62,399 nucleotides of DNA, taken from NCBI GenBank assembly GCA_964575955.1, contig CAZNTG010000011.1, forward strand, positions 1 through 62,399, in the 5' to 3' direction. Below are positions 1-9,690 of the stretch, piece after piece; the first letter of the stretch is position 1, and every line of letters starts with the position of its first letter. Position numbers and translations under genes: made by a program. Under the pieces are notes generated by a model, which was given only the letters and a program-made list of their open reading frames with translations, did no database searches and was not told the origin of the DNA. The stretch is from an uncultured Thermoproteaceae archaeon (GTDB lineage: Archaea > Thermoproteota > Thermoprotei > Thermoproteales > Thermocladiaceae).

Positions 1-1
1 T

Positions 2-142
2 GTTGAAGGTTCTAAGTGTAAGGTTTGTGGTGAAGAAATAGAAGAAGGAGAAAACGCATTCAAAACACTATCAAACATATACAAACACTTCAAAGAAAAA
101 CACCCAGAAATAATAGAAGAAGTAAAAACAAAAATATCATAG
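2..142 (+). CDS. 3' part of a C2H2-type zinc-finger protein (truncated by window edge)
   Basis: Own translation: VEGSKCKVCGEEIEEGENAFKTLSNIYKHFKEKHPEIIEEVKTKIS*; CxxC...HxxxxH pattern. Confidence 0.65.
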   Translation, partial: VEGSKCKVCGEEIEEGENAFKTLSNIYKHFKEKHPEIIEEVKTKIS

Positions 143-215
143 TGATAGCAGAGTATTGTAGTGTTTTAAATTAAATCTTTTCTCTCTTTTTCTATCTCTA
201 TAATTCTTCAATATT

Positions 216-1028
216 TTATGTACAGGGTGGATATGTTAATACTTCTTTTCCTCTAGATATTGCTACAAGCTCTATATAGTTACATATTCCACTCTTCAAT
301 ATTTTTGGTAGTAGTACTTTCTCTACTTGAAATATTCCAGCCCATTCATCCATATGTACTGTTATTCTTACAGGTCTATCAATTCCCTTACTAATTTCAA
401 CTCTCTTTATGCTTAATGCAGATACTGCATGAATATCAACTTTTCCAAGTCTATATGGAACTCTAGCTCTACCTTCAGCCATGTCTAGACCATCACCAAT
501 CTTCACACTACCAGCTTCAACTGTTAGACATTCTACATCTGTCTCTGTACAATATATTGCATGCATTACCTCTTGTCTAATGTTGTAGTGTATTCTTCTA
601 CTATATCTACCCTTTTCAGGAAGTATCTTTGGTAATATTCTATCTAGTATATCTTTAGCCATTAAAGCACCTGTATATTCATGCCTATCTCTATGTACAG
701 AATTTCCAATATCGTGAAGATATGCTCCAAGAAGAACTATCAACTTAGCTTCTTCAACATCTGTACATGTACCATCTTTCAAACATGTAGGCATTATATT
801 AGCCTCAAGTAGTAGATTAAATATCTCAAGTGCTGCACCTGCAGCAATTTTTGCATGTGTAGGTCCATGATCATTATATCTTAATCTATGTACTGCAAAT
901 ATGTTTGCAAGTCTAAGAAGTTCTTGAACTTCCTCATCTTCATCTAAGACCTGTATTGCTCTGCTAAGTAGTGGACTTTCTCTAGCATGCTTCTCTAGAA
1001 GAGATGGAGATACTATAGCAACATGCAT
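216..1028 (-). CDS. HD-superfamily metal-dependent phosphohydrolase
   Basis: NDHGPTH, LHDIGNSVHR and DGLDM..GRAR motifs. Confidence 0.85.
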   Translation of the reverse strand: MHVAIVSPSLLEKHARESPLLSRAIQVLDEDEEVQELLRLANIFAVHRLRYNDHGPTHAKIAAGAALEIFNLLLEANIMPTCLKDGTCTDVEEAKLIVLLGAYLHDIGNSVHRDRHEYTGALMAKDILDRILPKILPEKGRYSRRIHYNIRQEVMHAIYCTETDVECLTVEAGSVKIGDGLDMAEGRARVPYRLGKVDIHAVSALSIKRVEISKGIDRPVRITVHMDEWAGIFQVEKVLLPKILKSGICNYIELVAISRGKEVLTYPPCT

Positions 1029-1068
1029 TATATATAAGATCTGCTATACCTACTAAATAACAGTGACT

Positions 1069-2076
1069 CTACATGTCATATATACAACATTCAGGATCTT
1101 GACTAAATAGATCTCCAAAGTATGAGAATGCTCTTGCTCTACAACCACCACAAATATCTCTATACTTACAATCTCTACATCTTCCAGATAAATCTCTAGA
1201 TCTCAATCTTCTAAAAACTTCAGAATTGATAATATCTTCAAGAGAACCTTCTCTAACATTACCGACCTTATATGGTAAGTATGGACATGGATATACATCG
1301 CCTGTAGGAGAAATGTACATGTATGATATACCAGCAATACATCCAATACTTCTACCTCTTGTAATAGAATTATAAATATCTGGTCTAGACAATTTTAAAT
1401 ATGGCCAAAATTGTGGTATACATGTTGGTTTTACATTAATTCTATTATAGAAACCATATTCAACAGCTTTTAAACATACATTCAATACTTCTCTAATATC
1501 TAGTTTAATATCTTCATAGTATTTAAATGCTCTACCAACAGGAACTACGTGAAATATGTGTAGATTATCTATATCATTCTTAATACAGAATTCTACCATG
1601 TTAATAACATCATCAACATTATACTTACAGAGTGTGAAATTTATTTGAATTTTTATACCATAATCTTTCAATATTTTTAAACTATTTACAACATGATTCC
1701 AAAGTCCTTGAATACCTCTAAATCTATCGTGAATTTCAGGTTTTGTTGAGTCAAGACTGATAGCTATAAATTTTAGATTAGAATCAGCAAGTTTCTTAAT
1801 GATATATTCATTAAGTAGAAGTCCAGAAGTTGCTAATGCAGTATTTATCTTCTTAGAATCTGCATATCTTATAAGATTGAAAATGTCAGATCTAGTTAAT
1901 GGTTCACCACCTGAAAATACTAGTATTCTAGTACCAATATTGTGAAGTTGATCTATAATATTCATACATTCATCTTCTGATAATTCATTTGGTAATCTCT
2001 TAGATGCATCTCTATAACAGTGTGGACATTTTAATACACACATATTTGTAATACCGAAAGATACTAATGTGAACAA
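1069..2076 (-). CDS. Radical SAM/SPASM protein (NirJ/AhbC-D-like)
   Basis: CxxxCxxC (CVLKCPHC), SGGEP, SPASM cysteines CIAG...YPCPY...CRDC...CGGCRARA...DPEC. Confidence 0.75.
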   Translation of the reverse strand: MFTLVSFGITNMCVLKCPHCYRDASKRLPNELSEDECMNIIDQLHNIGTRILVFSGGEPLTRSDIFNLIRYADSKKINTALATSGLLLNEYIIKKLADSNLKFIAISLDSTKPEIHDRFRGIQGLWNHVVNSLKILKDYGIKIQINFTLCKYNVDDVINMVEFCIKNDIDNLHIFHVVPVGRAFKYYEDIKLDIREVLNVCLKAVEYGFYNRINVKPTCIPQFWPYLKLSRPDIYNSITRGRSIGCIAGISYMYISPTGDVYPCPYLPYKVGNVREGSLEDIINSEVFRRLRSRDLSGRCRDCKYRDICGGCRARAFSYFGDLFSQDPECCIYDM

Positions 2077-2089
2077 TATGCCCCCAAGA

Positions 2090-2713
2090 TTATATATTTT
2101 GAGTACAGATTAATTTTATATCTTTCAAAGTGTTGATATTCTTAAAAACATCACCAAAAATCTTAACTATAGTATCAGCATCTATGAAGTGTGTATTATT
2201 TGAAAATTCTAATATAGCTCTTACAGGAACTTTATCCCAAACTTCTGGTCTATATTTTCTAAATATTTTGAGTATAGTCTCAATTCTATATATAGCTACT
2301 AGAGGTTCTAGAAAACCACTTCTCCATTTAGGTATTACACAATCATAATCATCTTCAAAATTTTCTATTAAGAATTTTATAAATTCTTTAGAGATGTTTA
2401 CTAGATCTACAGGTATTGTTAAGATGTGACTATACTTCCTTCTTAAGAATATTGCTGCAGTTACAATACCTGAGAGAGGATGATATTTATCAAATATGTC
2501 TCTAATAAGTACAACTTTATCTACTCTATCTATCACGTTGTAAATTTTATGATAATTATCTTTAACAACTACATACACTTTATCGAATATTTTTAGTATT
2601 GTGTTGATCTGTTTGTTTATTAAAAATTTGCCATATATCTTAACTAGACATTTATCAATTCCAAATCTACTACCTCTACCTCCAGCTAGTATTATAGCTC
2701 CAATTTTTGACAC
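2090..2713 (-). CDS. mobA: Molybdenum cofactor guanylyltransferase
   Basis: ILAGGRGSRFGIDK, PLSGI, EPLVAIY and FKNINT motifs. Confidence 0.85.
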   Translation of the reverse strand: MSKIGAIILAGGRGSRFGIDKCLVKIYGKFLINKQINTILKIFDKVYVVVKDNYHKIYNVIDRVDKVVLIRDIFDKYHPLSGIVTAAIFLRRKYSHILTIPVDLVNISKEFIKFLIENFEDDYDCVIPKWRSGFLEPLVAIYRIETILKIFRKYRPEVWDKVPVRAILEFSNNTHFIDADTIVKIFGDVFKNINTLKDIKLICTQNI

Positions 2714-2741
2714 AATGTTCCGATATTCATATTAGGTAGGT

Positions 2742-4163
2742 ATGTATTTAAATTACGTGTCTGCTGAAGTCATTAAATCTATAAAATTTGGAACAGATGG
2801 TGTTAGAGGTATTATTGATGAAGATTTTAATGAACTTATAGTTGCTTCAGTTGTTGAAGCTTCTATTAGATATTTCTCTAAGAAGAGAGATATTGGTAAA
2901 GTAATTGTTGGATATGATACACGTAGAAAAGCTGATCATTATGCTAAGATTGTTGTTAAGATTTGTAGAGATAGTGGAATTGAAGTTAGTCTAACTGATA
3001 GACCAACACCGACACCTGTAATATCTTGGGCTGTTAGATACTTTAAGTATGATCTAGCTTTTCAAATAACTGCAAGTCACAATCCACCACAGTATTGTGG
3101 TATCAAGGTTATAGATTGGAATGGAGCATCAATATCTGATGAAGATGCTGAAGGTATAATGAGTATATTACAGAGAGAGAGTGAGGATATATTTTCAAAA
3201 GTTAAAGTTTTAGAATATTCAATTCCTGACTTGTTGATAAATTTAAGAGATCCATATGTTGAGTATGTAGTATCAATTTCAGAAAAACCTAGGAGAAAGT
3301 TGAAAATTCTGTTCGACCCCATCTATGGAACAACTATAGGTTTCACAGATGAGATATTGAGAAGGTTAGGACATGAAGTACATACAATACATGATGTGTA
3401 TGATCAAAATTTTGGAGGATTATTACCATGTCCTGAAGGTGAAAACTTGAAGAGATTGAAAGATGTTACCATCAACGGTAAGTATGACCTAGCGATATCT
3501 CATGATGGAGATGGAGATCGTATTGGTGTTGTTACTGGTAGTGGAAAGATCTTAACAGGTAATGAAATACTTCTACTCTTCGTATATGAATATTCTAAAA
3601 CTGGTAAGATAAGGTCAGTAGCTAGAACAGTAGCAACTACAAGTCTTGTAGATAAGATATGTAATGAATATGGCATAAAGCTAGTAGAGACACCTGTAGG
3701 GATCAAATACATAGCTAAACTATTGATAAAGGGAGAGGTAGATATTGGAGGTGAGGAAAGTGGTGGTGTAGCTTTTAGATGGCATATACCTGAAAAAGAT
3801 GGAATATACACAGCTTCATTAATATCAAAAATACATTCAGATGTTGGTATTGATAATATAATAGATGAAATATATAGAAAATATGGAGAACCAAAATTTA
3901 AGAGATTTAAGATAGAAGTCAAAGAAAATCCAAAGATAGTATTTGAGAAGTATAGAGATAGAATTTTAGAAGAGATAAAGAATATTTGTATGAACATAAA
4001 CACTATTGACGGTATTAAATGCATGTTACAGGACTACTCCTGGATACTCATTAGACCTAGTGGTACAGAACCTGTAATTAGGATATACTGTGAAGAGTAT
4101 AGTCAAGATTCGTGCAGTAGTGTTTTAGAGAAGATAATTACAATTTTTCAAAATATAGGTTAA
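2742..4163 (+). CDS. Phosphoglucomutase/phosphomannomutase family protein (start may be GTG 2757)
   Basis: FGTDGVRG, TASHNP phosphoserine loop, DGDGDR metal loop, GEESG, RPSGTEP. Confidence 0.92.
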   Translation: MYLNYVSAEVIKSIKFGTDGVRGIIDEDFNELIVASVVEASIRYFSKKRDIGKVIVGYDTRRKADHYAKIVVKICRDSGIEVSLTDRPTPTPVISWAVRYFKYDLAFQITASHNPPQYCGIKVIDWNGASISDEDAEGIMSILQRESEDIFSKVKVLEYSIPDLLINLRDPYVEYVVSISEKPRRKLKILFDPIYGTTIGFTDEILRRLGHEVHTIHDVYDQNFGGLLPCPEGENLKRLKDVTINGKYDLAISHDGDGDRIGVVTGSGKILTGNEILLLFVYEYSKTGKIRSVARTVATTSLVDKICNEYGIKLVETPVGIKYIAKLLIKGEVDIGGEESGGVAFRWHIPEKDGIYTASLISKIHSDVGIDNIIDEIYRKYGEPKFKRFKIEVKENPKIVFEKYRDRILEEIKNICMNINTIDGIKCMLQDYSWILIRPSGTEPVIRIYCEEYSQDSCSSVLEKIITIFQNIG

Positions 4164-4200
4164 AAAATTTATATAATCTTACAAAATCTCGGCTAACTAT

Positions 4201-4494
4201 ATGGAACGTAATGTTAGTGAAAATAGGCTAGTTGTAAGATGTCCAAGATGTGGAAATCTTGTAAATATTTGTGAAATTTTAAGACAAGAATCACCAACAC
4301 ATACATACGTATTTTCTAGATATGTGATAGTTAGATGTCCAAGATGTGGTTATATATTTGAACCTATAACTGAACATTACATATATGAAGCGGAGAAGTA
4401 TATACCTAATAATAGGTCTAGTAATTCTAGCAATAATAGCAACAGCACTATACTACGAGATAGTAGGTATATCGAAGAAATCTCAAAAAACTAG
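4201..4494 (+). CDS. Small zinc-ribbon protein
   Basis: Two VRCPRCG repeats; the low-complexity tail overlaps the next gene. Confidence 0.6.
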   Translation: MERNVSENRLVVRCPRCGNLVNICEILRQESPTHTYVFSRYVIVRCPRCGYIFEPITEHYIYEAEKYIPNNRSSNSSNNSNSTILRDSRYIEEISKN

Positions 4495-5146
4495 CACTAT
4501 ATCAACAATCTATCATGGAGATGTTCTAGTAATTCTATATCCATATTTTAGATGGGAAGAATATTATGAAGTATTTAAGATATTGTCAGAAAATGGTTAT
4601 CATATAGATGTGCTATGTATGAAGAATGGTAGTAGAATAGTTGGGATTGATACGAGAGGAGGTTTACATTATGTTAACTGTAAATTTAATGTAGGTAGTG
4701 TAGATTTGTTTAAAATTGTTAGAAATCACAATGCTACAGTATTTATAGGCGGTCCAGGACTATACTGTATACTTGACATATATGCTTCTAAGATAGGTTT
4801 AGTAAAGCTAGATTATGGATGTTTAAAAATGTTAGGAAAATATGCTAACTTTGCTTTAAAATATCTAAACTATGGTGTTAAAGTTGCAAAAATAGCATAT
4901 AGTAGTGGAAAGATTGTTGCAGCTATATGTGTCGCACCTACAATACTGGCAATTGCAGGATTACTACATAATAGACCATTCACCTTGTATAGATGTGATG
5001 TTACTTTGAGACTTGTAAAATATTACAATTCTACAAATGTTCTAGATAGACCTGTTGTAATATCAGGAAGAGTAATTACAGGTAGAGGACCATCTGCAGC
5101 TAAGGATTTTGCAGAGAGTATTTTGAAAGTCTTGACAAGTCGCTAG
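4385..5146 (+). CDS. DJ-1/PfpI family protein with N-terminal membrane anchor or signal peptide
   Basis: FIGGPG, AAICVAP nucleophile elbow, ITGRGP; basic plus hydrophobic N-terminus. Confidence 0.75.
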   Translation: MKRRSIYLIIGLVILAIIATALYYEIVGISKKSQKTSTISTIYHGDVLVILYPYFRWEEYYEVFKILSENGYHIDVLCMKNGSRIVGIDTRGGLHYVNCKFNVGSVDLFKIVRNHNATVFIGGPGLYCILDIYASKIGLVKLDYGCLKMLGKYANFALKYLNYGVKVAKIAYSSGKIVAAICVAPTILAIAGLLHNRPFTLYRCDVTLRLVKYYNSTNVLDRPVVISGRVITGRGPSAAKDFAESILKVLTSR

Positions 5147-5184
5147 GAGAATAATTATTAACATGTTAAATAATACCGATATAT

Positions 5185-6693
5185 GTGGATAATCTAGACC
5201 TAAATGTCAAGTTGAAAAAGTATGAGAAGGCTATACATGTATTTAAGATAGCTCTAGATCTTGCACGTAGACTTAGAGATTTTAGATGTGAATTAGACTC
5301 ACTAATTCATGCAATATCTGGAGGTTTTGTAGAACCAGGACCATCAGGATCTTTAACTAGGGGAAAGTTTGAAATATTACCAACAGGTAGGAACTTCTAC
5401 ACAATTGATCCTAGAACAATACCAACACAGTCAGCATGGGAGATTGGTGTTAAATGTGGTAAAGCTCTACTTGAGAAATACTACTCTAAGTATGGTAGAT
5501 ATCCTGAATCCGTAGGATTCGTACTTTGGAGTATTGATGCATATAAGGCTGATGGTGAAGAACTTTCAGAAATACTATACCTCATAGGTGTTAGACCTGT
5601 ATGGGATTCTTATGGTAATGTTGTAGGTTTGGAACCAATACCTCTTGAAGAGCTTGGTAGACCTAGAATTGATGTTACAGTTAGGATTAGTGGAATTGTT
5701 AGAGATACATTACCAAACTATATATACTTGATAGATAGAGCTATAGAAATTGTATTAAACCTAGATGAGCCTATAGATATGAACTTCATAAAGAAGCACT
5801 ATCTAGAATTTTTAGAGAGGTTGAAAATGTTTAATATTAATGATGAAGAACTTGCAAAATGTAGAATATTTGCAGAACCTCCAGGAGCATATGGTGCAGG
5901 TGTTAATTATGCTGTTGAATCATCAGCATGGAGAAGTAGAGAAGATCTTGGTAAGGTATGGATATCATGGTCAGGATATGCATATACACGTAAAAGTTTT
6001 GGAAAACCTGCACATGAAGCATTAATACTAAACTTGGAAAAGGTAGATGCTGTTGTTAGAAATAATCCAACAGATGAACATGACATATTCTCATGTTGTT
6101 GCTATTTTGCATATCATGGAGGATTTTACACTGCAGTAAAAACTGTTAAACGTGGTGAAGTTGAAATATATCAAATAGATACATCAGACATATCTAAGAT
6201 AGATGTTAGAGATATAGAGGATGAAATTGAGAGAATTGTTAGAGCAAAACTACTAAACGATAAATGGATTGAAGAGATGAAGAAGCATGGATATTCAGGT
6301 GCTAGCGAATTTTCCAGAAAAATACTACATCTATATGGTTGGGCTTCAACTACAGGTAAGGTTAAAGATTGGATATTTAATGAAATTTCTAATAAATATG
6401 TAATTAATGATGAGATGAGAAGATGGTTTATTGAGAATAATAAGTATGCACTTGAAGAGATTACTAGAAGATTAATAGAAGCTGCTGAACGTGGAGTTTG
6501 GAATCCTGATCCTGAAATTTTAGATAAGTTGAAATCTATATATCTAGAAATTGAAGGTTATCTAGAAGATGAGGTTGTAGGCGAGGTTCAGGGAGGTTCT
6601 ATAGACATTGTATCTCCTGAAGATTATGATGATTATAAGAAGCTAGTATCTAAATCTGAAAAAGCTATGAATATTGTAGAGAAAACTCAATAG
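5185..6693 (+). CDS. cobN: Cobaltochelatase CobN/ChlH-family, C-terminal half only
   Basis: PGPSGSLTRG, LPTGRNFY, ELGRPRIDVTVRISGIVRD, GAYGAGV, WIEEMKKHGYSGA; 502 aa versus about 1200+ aa for full CobN. Confidence 0.85.
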   Translation: MDNLDLNVKLKKYEKAIHVFKIALDLARRLRDFRCELDSLIHAISGGFVEPGPSGSLTRGKFEILPTGRNFYTIDPRTIPTQSAWEIGVKCGKALLEKYYSKYGRYPESVGFVLWSIDAYKADGEELSEILYLIGVRPVWDSYGNVVGLEPIPLEELGRPRIDVTVRISGIVRDTLPNYIYLIDRAIEIVLNLDEPIDMNFIKKHYLEFLERLKMFNINDEELAKCRIFAEPPGAYGAGVNYAVESSAWRSREDLGKVWISWSGYAYTRKSFGKPAHEALILNLEKVDAVVRNNPTDEHDIFSCCCYFAYHGGFYTAVKTVKRGEVEIYQIDTSDISKIDVRDIEDEIERIVRAKLLNDKWIEEMKKHGYSGASEFSRKILHLYGWASTTGKVKDWIFNEISNKYVINDEMRRWFIENNKYALEEITRRLIEAAERGVWNPDPEILDKLKSIYLEIEGYLEDEVVGEVQGGSIDIVSPEDYDDYKKLVSKSEKAMNIVEKTQ

Positions 6694-6717
6694 GAGTAGT
6701 GACATAATAGTTAGCTA

Positions 6718-7701
6718 ATGAGTAGTAAAGAACATATAATTAAGAGAGGTCTTGAAGAGGTTATAAGAGATGAAGAGTTGAAAAGTGTCTTATCTAGAGA
6801 TAAGTTAGTATGTTATGTAGGTTATGAACCAACTGAGAGAATTCATGTAGGATGGCTAGTATGGATATTAAAGTTGAAAGATATACAGAAGGCAGGTATC
6901 GATATAAAGATTCTAGAAGCTACTATACATGCATGGATTAATGATAAGGGAAGTATTGAAGAATTAGAAGAGTATAAGAAGAATGTTAGAAAGATTATTG
7001 AGAAATTAGGAATATATGCAACATATATCGATAGTTCTGAAATAATTACAGATCCTGAATATGTTAGACTTCTAATACAGGCAGCAAAAAACACAACATT
7101 AGATAGAGTTAAGAGAGCCATAGTTGTACTTAAGAGAAGGATTGAAGAAGTTGAACAAGATTTTTCAAAAATACTATATCCACTAATGCAGGCTGTAGAT
7201 GCAATATATCTAAATGTTGACTTTGCCTTAGGTAGTATTGATCAAAAACCAGCATATACAATGTCTAGAGATATAGCAGTTAGATTAGGTAGAAAACCAG
7301 TAATAATATTGTGTACACCACTAATACCTGGTCTTAAAGCACCACTACTAGAAGATATTGATAATTTAGATGAAGTACTTGTATATGCTAAGATGTCATC
7401 TTCAAGACCTGATGATGCAATATTTCTAGACGATGATCCTGAAACAGTTGAAAGAAAGATAATGTCATGTCCATGTAAACCAAAAGAAACATTACTAAAT
7501 CCAATATTGAGCATTGTTAAACATGTAATACTACCATACTACGAGAAGATAACAATAGAGACAAAGACTAAGAATGTAGAAATAACGATAGATAATGCAG
7601 AAGAAATAGATAGATTATATAGAAGTGGAGAGCTAACTCCTGAAGAGTTGAAGAAGGCATGTAAAGACTACCTCATAGAGATGTTAGAAAAATTGAAATA
7701 G
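6718..7701 (+). CDS. tyrS: Tyrosyl-tRNA synthetase (divergent, possibly a paralog)
   Basis: YVGYEPT, HVGW (HIGH), YPLMQAVD, KMSSS. Confidence 0.8.
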   Translation: MSSKEHIIKRGLEEVIRDEELKSVLSRDKLVCYVGYEPTERIHVGWLVWILKLKDIQKAGIDIKILEATIHAWINDKGSIEELEEYKKNVRKIIEKLGIYATYIDSSEIITDPEYVRLLIQAAKNTTLDRVKRAIVVLKRRIEEVEQDFSKILYPLMQAVDAIYLNVDFALGSIDQKPAYTMSRDIAVRLGRKPVIILCTPLIPGLKAPLLEDIDNLDEVLVYAKMSSSRPDDAIFLDDDPETVERKIMSCPCKPKETLLNPILSIVKHVILPYYEKITIETKTKNVEITIDNAEEIDRLYRSGELTPEELKKACKDYLIEMLEKLK

Positions 7702-7739
7702 AAAAACTTAAAAATATACAGCAAAAATTGTGAAAACGA

Positions 7740-7872
7740 GCCTCGGGTAACCCGGCCATAGTCGGGGCGTAACACCCGGACTCATCAGAACCCGGAAGTG
7801 AAACGCCCCGACGCCGACCGTAGTACTGGGGTCCGAGAGGCCCCGGGAAGCGGCGGTGCTGGGGCCCGAGGC
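7740..7872 (+). rRNA. rrf: 5S ribosomal RNA (stand-alone)
   Basis: GC-rich island; GCCTCGGG...CCCGAGGC terminal helix; conserved CCCGGACTCATCAGAACCCGGAAG and AGTACTGGGGTCCGAGAGGCCCCGGGAA. Confidence 0.93.
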
Positions 7873-7889
7873 CCTATCTTTATATTTTA

Positions 7890-7946
7890 CACATCAGAGC
7901 TTGAGCCCCTCCTCACTCCTCAGTTATTTGAGACTCATCATCTCCT
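7890..7946 (-). ncRNA. Box C/D 2'-O-methylation guide sRNA
   Basis: Minus strand: C ATGATGA (7941-7935), guide GTCTCAAATAA, D' CTGA, C' GTGAGGA, guide GGGGCTCAAGCT, D CTGA (7897-7894). Confidence 0.85.
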
Positions 7947-8085
7947 CAACCTCTAGCTATAACTATTGAAGGTTAGCACTATATTACTCTTGTTATCATC
8001 GTGTATACGTATCGTTTACGTATACATGGATTCTAGATGAAACTGTAAGGATATAGAGGTTCTTACCCCTATATATCTGTGAGAT

Positions 8086-9666
8086 ATGTTTGGTAAGGTT
8101 GAGATTGTTGAGAAGAATGTTATTAAGAAGAAGATTAGGAGAGGTATATTTAGAGTTGCTATAGCATATCCGTCAACGTATATGGTTGGTATGTCTTCAT
8201 TAAGCATTCATCTTCTTTACAATATTTTGAATAATATCGATTTTGTATATGCTGAACGTGTATTTATGGAAGGTTCAGGACCTTATAGAAGTGTTGAGAC
8301 AGGTACACTATTAAGAGATTTTGATTTAATTCTATTTTCTGTACATTATGAACTTGACTATGTTAATATTGTTAAAATGCTTGAGAGAAGTGGTATTAAT
8401 CCAATATCGAGATATAGAAATAGAAAGCCTATAGTAATAGTTGGTGGACCTACAGTTACTGCAAATCCTGAACCTGTAGCAGATATTGCAGATATAGTGT
8501 TTTTAGGTGAGGTAGAGCCTGTAATTGATAAGATAATTGAGAGAATATACATCTCAAAAAATATTGAAGATCTTGCAGATATTGAGGGAATATATATACC
8601 AAGTCTAGGTAAGTATGAAGTGAAAGTTGTTAAGAGTCTAAATCTAGATAATACTCAATATCCTACAAGACAAATCATAACATTAAAAGCACCTAAAAAT
8701 TATACTCCAGTATTTGGTAAAGCATATTTTTTAGAAATTTGTAGAGGTTGTCCATACCTATGTAAATTCTGTATGGAATCTCATATTCAACATCCATTTA
8801 GATATAGAAGTTTTAGTAATATAGTCAGAATATTAGAATCTTCAGAGTTGGATGAAGATATTGATAAGATTGTTATAATAGGTCTAGGAGCTCAATCACA
8901 TCCTGATTTTAGAAAAATTATACAGTATTTATTAGATAACTACAATCTTGAGATTAGTGTTCCATCATTAAGAACGGATGTTCTTGAAGAAGAGGATATA
9001 GAATTAATATCTAGAACAGGTCAGAAAGCGTTAACTATAGCTCCTGAGAATAGTGAGAAAATTAGGATGTTCTTAGGTAAATATTTTGGTAATGATAAAA
9101 TATTTAAAATATGTGAATTATCTAGAAAATATGGTTTTGATCATATTAAACTATATTTCATAATTGGAATACCTAATGAAGATGATAATGATATTAAAGA
9201 ATGTGTAGATATTGTTAGGAAAGTTTGTAAGATATTTAATGGTAATGTATATGTTAGTGTAAATCCTTGGATTAGAAAACCTCAAACACCACTTCAATAT
9301 ATGAAACCTTTAGATATGGATGTTGTTGATAAGAGAATTAAATATTTTGTAGAGAATTTAAATTGTAGATATACTACCTATGACATATTTTTAGCATATG
9401 CTCAAATGCTTCTCTCACTAGGTGATAGAGATGTTTCAAAAATTATTATTGATGCATCTAGATTAGAAATGAGTAATCTTTCTAGAAGTCTTTGGAGAAG
9501 AATTTTGAGAAAATATTCAGACTTATTTAAGAAGTATGTATTTTCTCAATACGATATTAATAGTGAATTACCTTGGTCACATGTTAAGTCTAGTATTGAT
9601 AGTCGTATTTTATGGAGAAGATATGAGGAGAGTATTAGCATGTTTTCTAGAGGTAATAACTTATAA
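8086..9666 (+). CDS. B12-binding-domain radical SAM protein (TIGR03960-like), function unknown
   Basis: AYPSTYMVGMSSL, YELDY, GGPTVTANPEP, EICRGCPYLCKFC, TIAPE, KLYFIIG, KPQTP. Confidence 0.8.
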   Translation: MFGKVEIVEKNVIKKKIRRGIFRVAIAYPSTYMVGMSSLSIHLLYNILNNIDFVYAERVFMEGSGPYRSVETGTLLRDFDLILFSVHYELDYVNIVKMLERSGINPISRYRNRKPIVIVGGPTVTANPEPVADIADIVFLGEVEPVIDKIIERIYISKNIEDLADIEGIYIPSLGKYEVKVVKSLNLDNTQYPTRQIITLKAPKNYTPVFGKAYFLEICRGCPYLCKFCMESHIQHPFRYRSFSNIVRILESSELDEDIDKIVIIGLGAQSHPDFRKIIQYLLDNYNLEISVPSLRTDVLEEEDIELISRTGQKALTIAPENSEKIRMFLGKYFGNDKIFKICELSRKYGFDHIKLYFIIGIPNEDDNDIKECVDIVRKVCKIFNGNVYVSVNPWIRKPQTPLQYMKPLDMDVVDKRIKYFVENLNCRYTTYDIFLAYAQMLLSLGDRDVSKIIIDASRLEMSNLSRSLWRRILRKYSDLFKKYVFSQYDINSELPWSHVKSSIDSRILWRRYEESISMFSRGNNL

Positions 9667-9690
9667 GTGTAGTATTGTGACTAGATGTGA

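Noticed and set aside
7740-7872. tRNA or foreign GC-rich insert
   Set aside because: Matches the 5S rRNA pattern; no cloverleaf or T-loop
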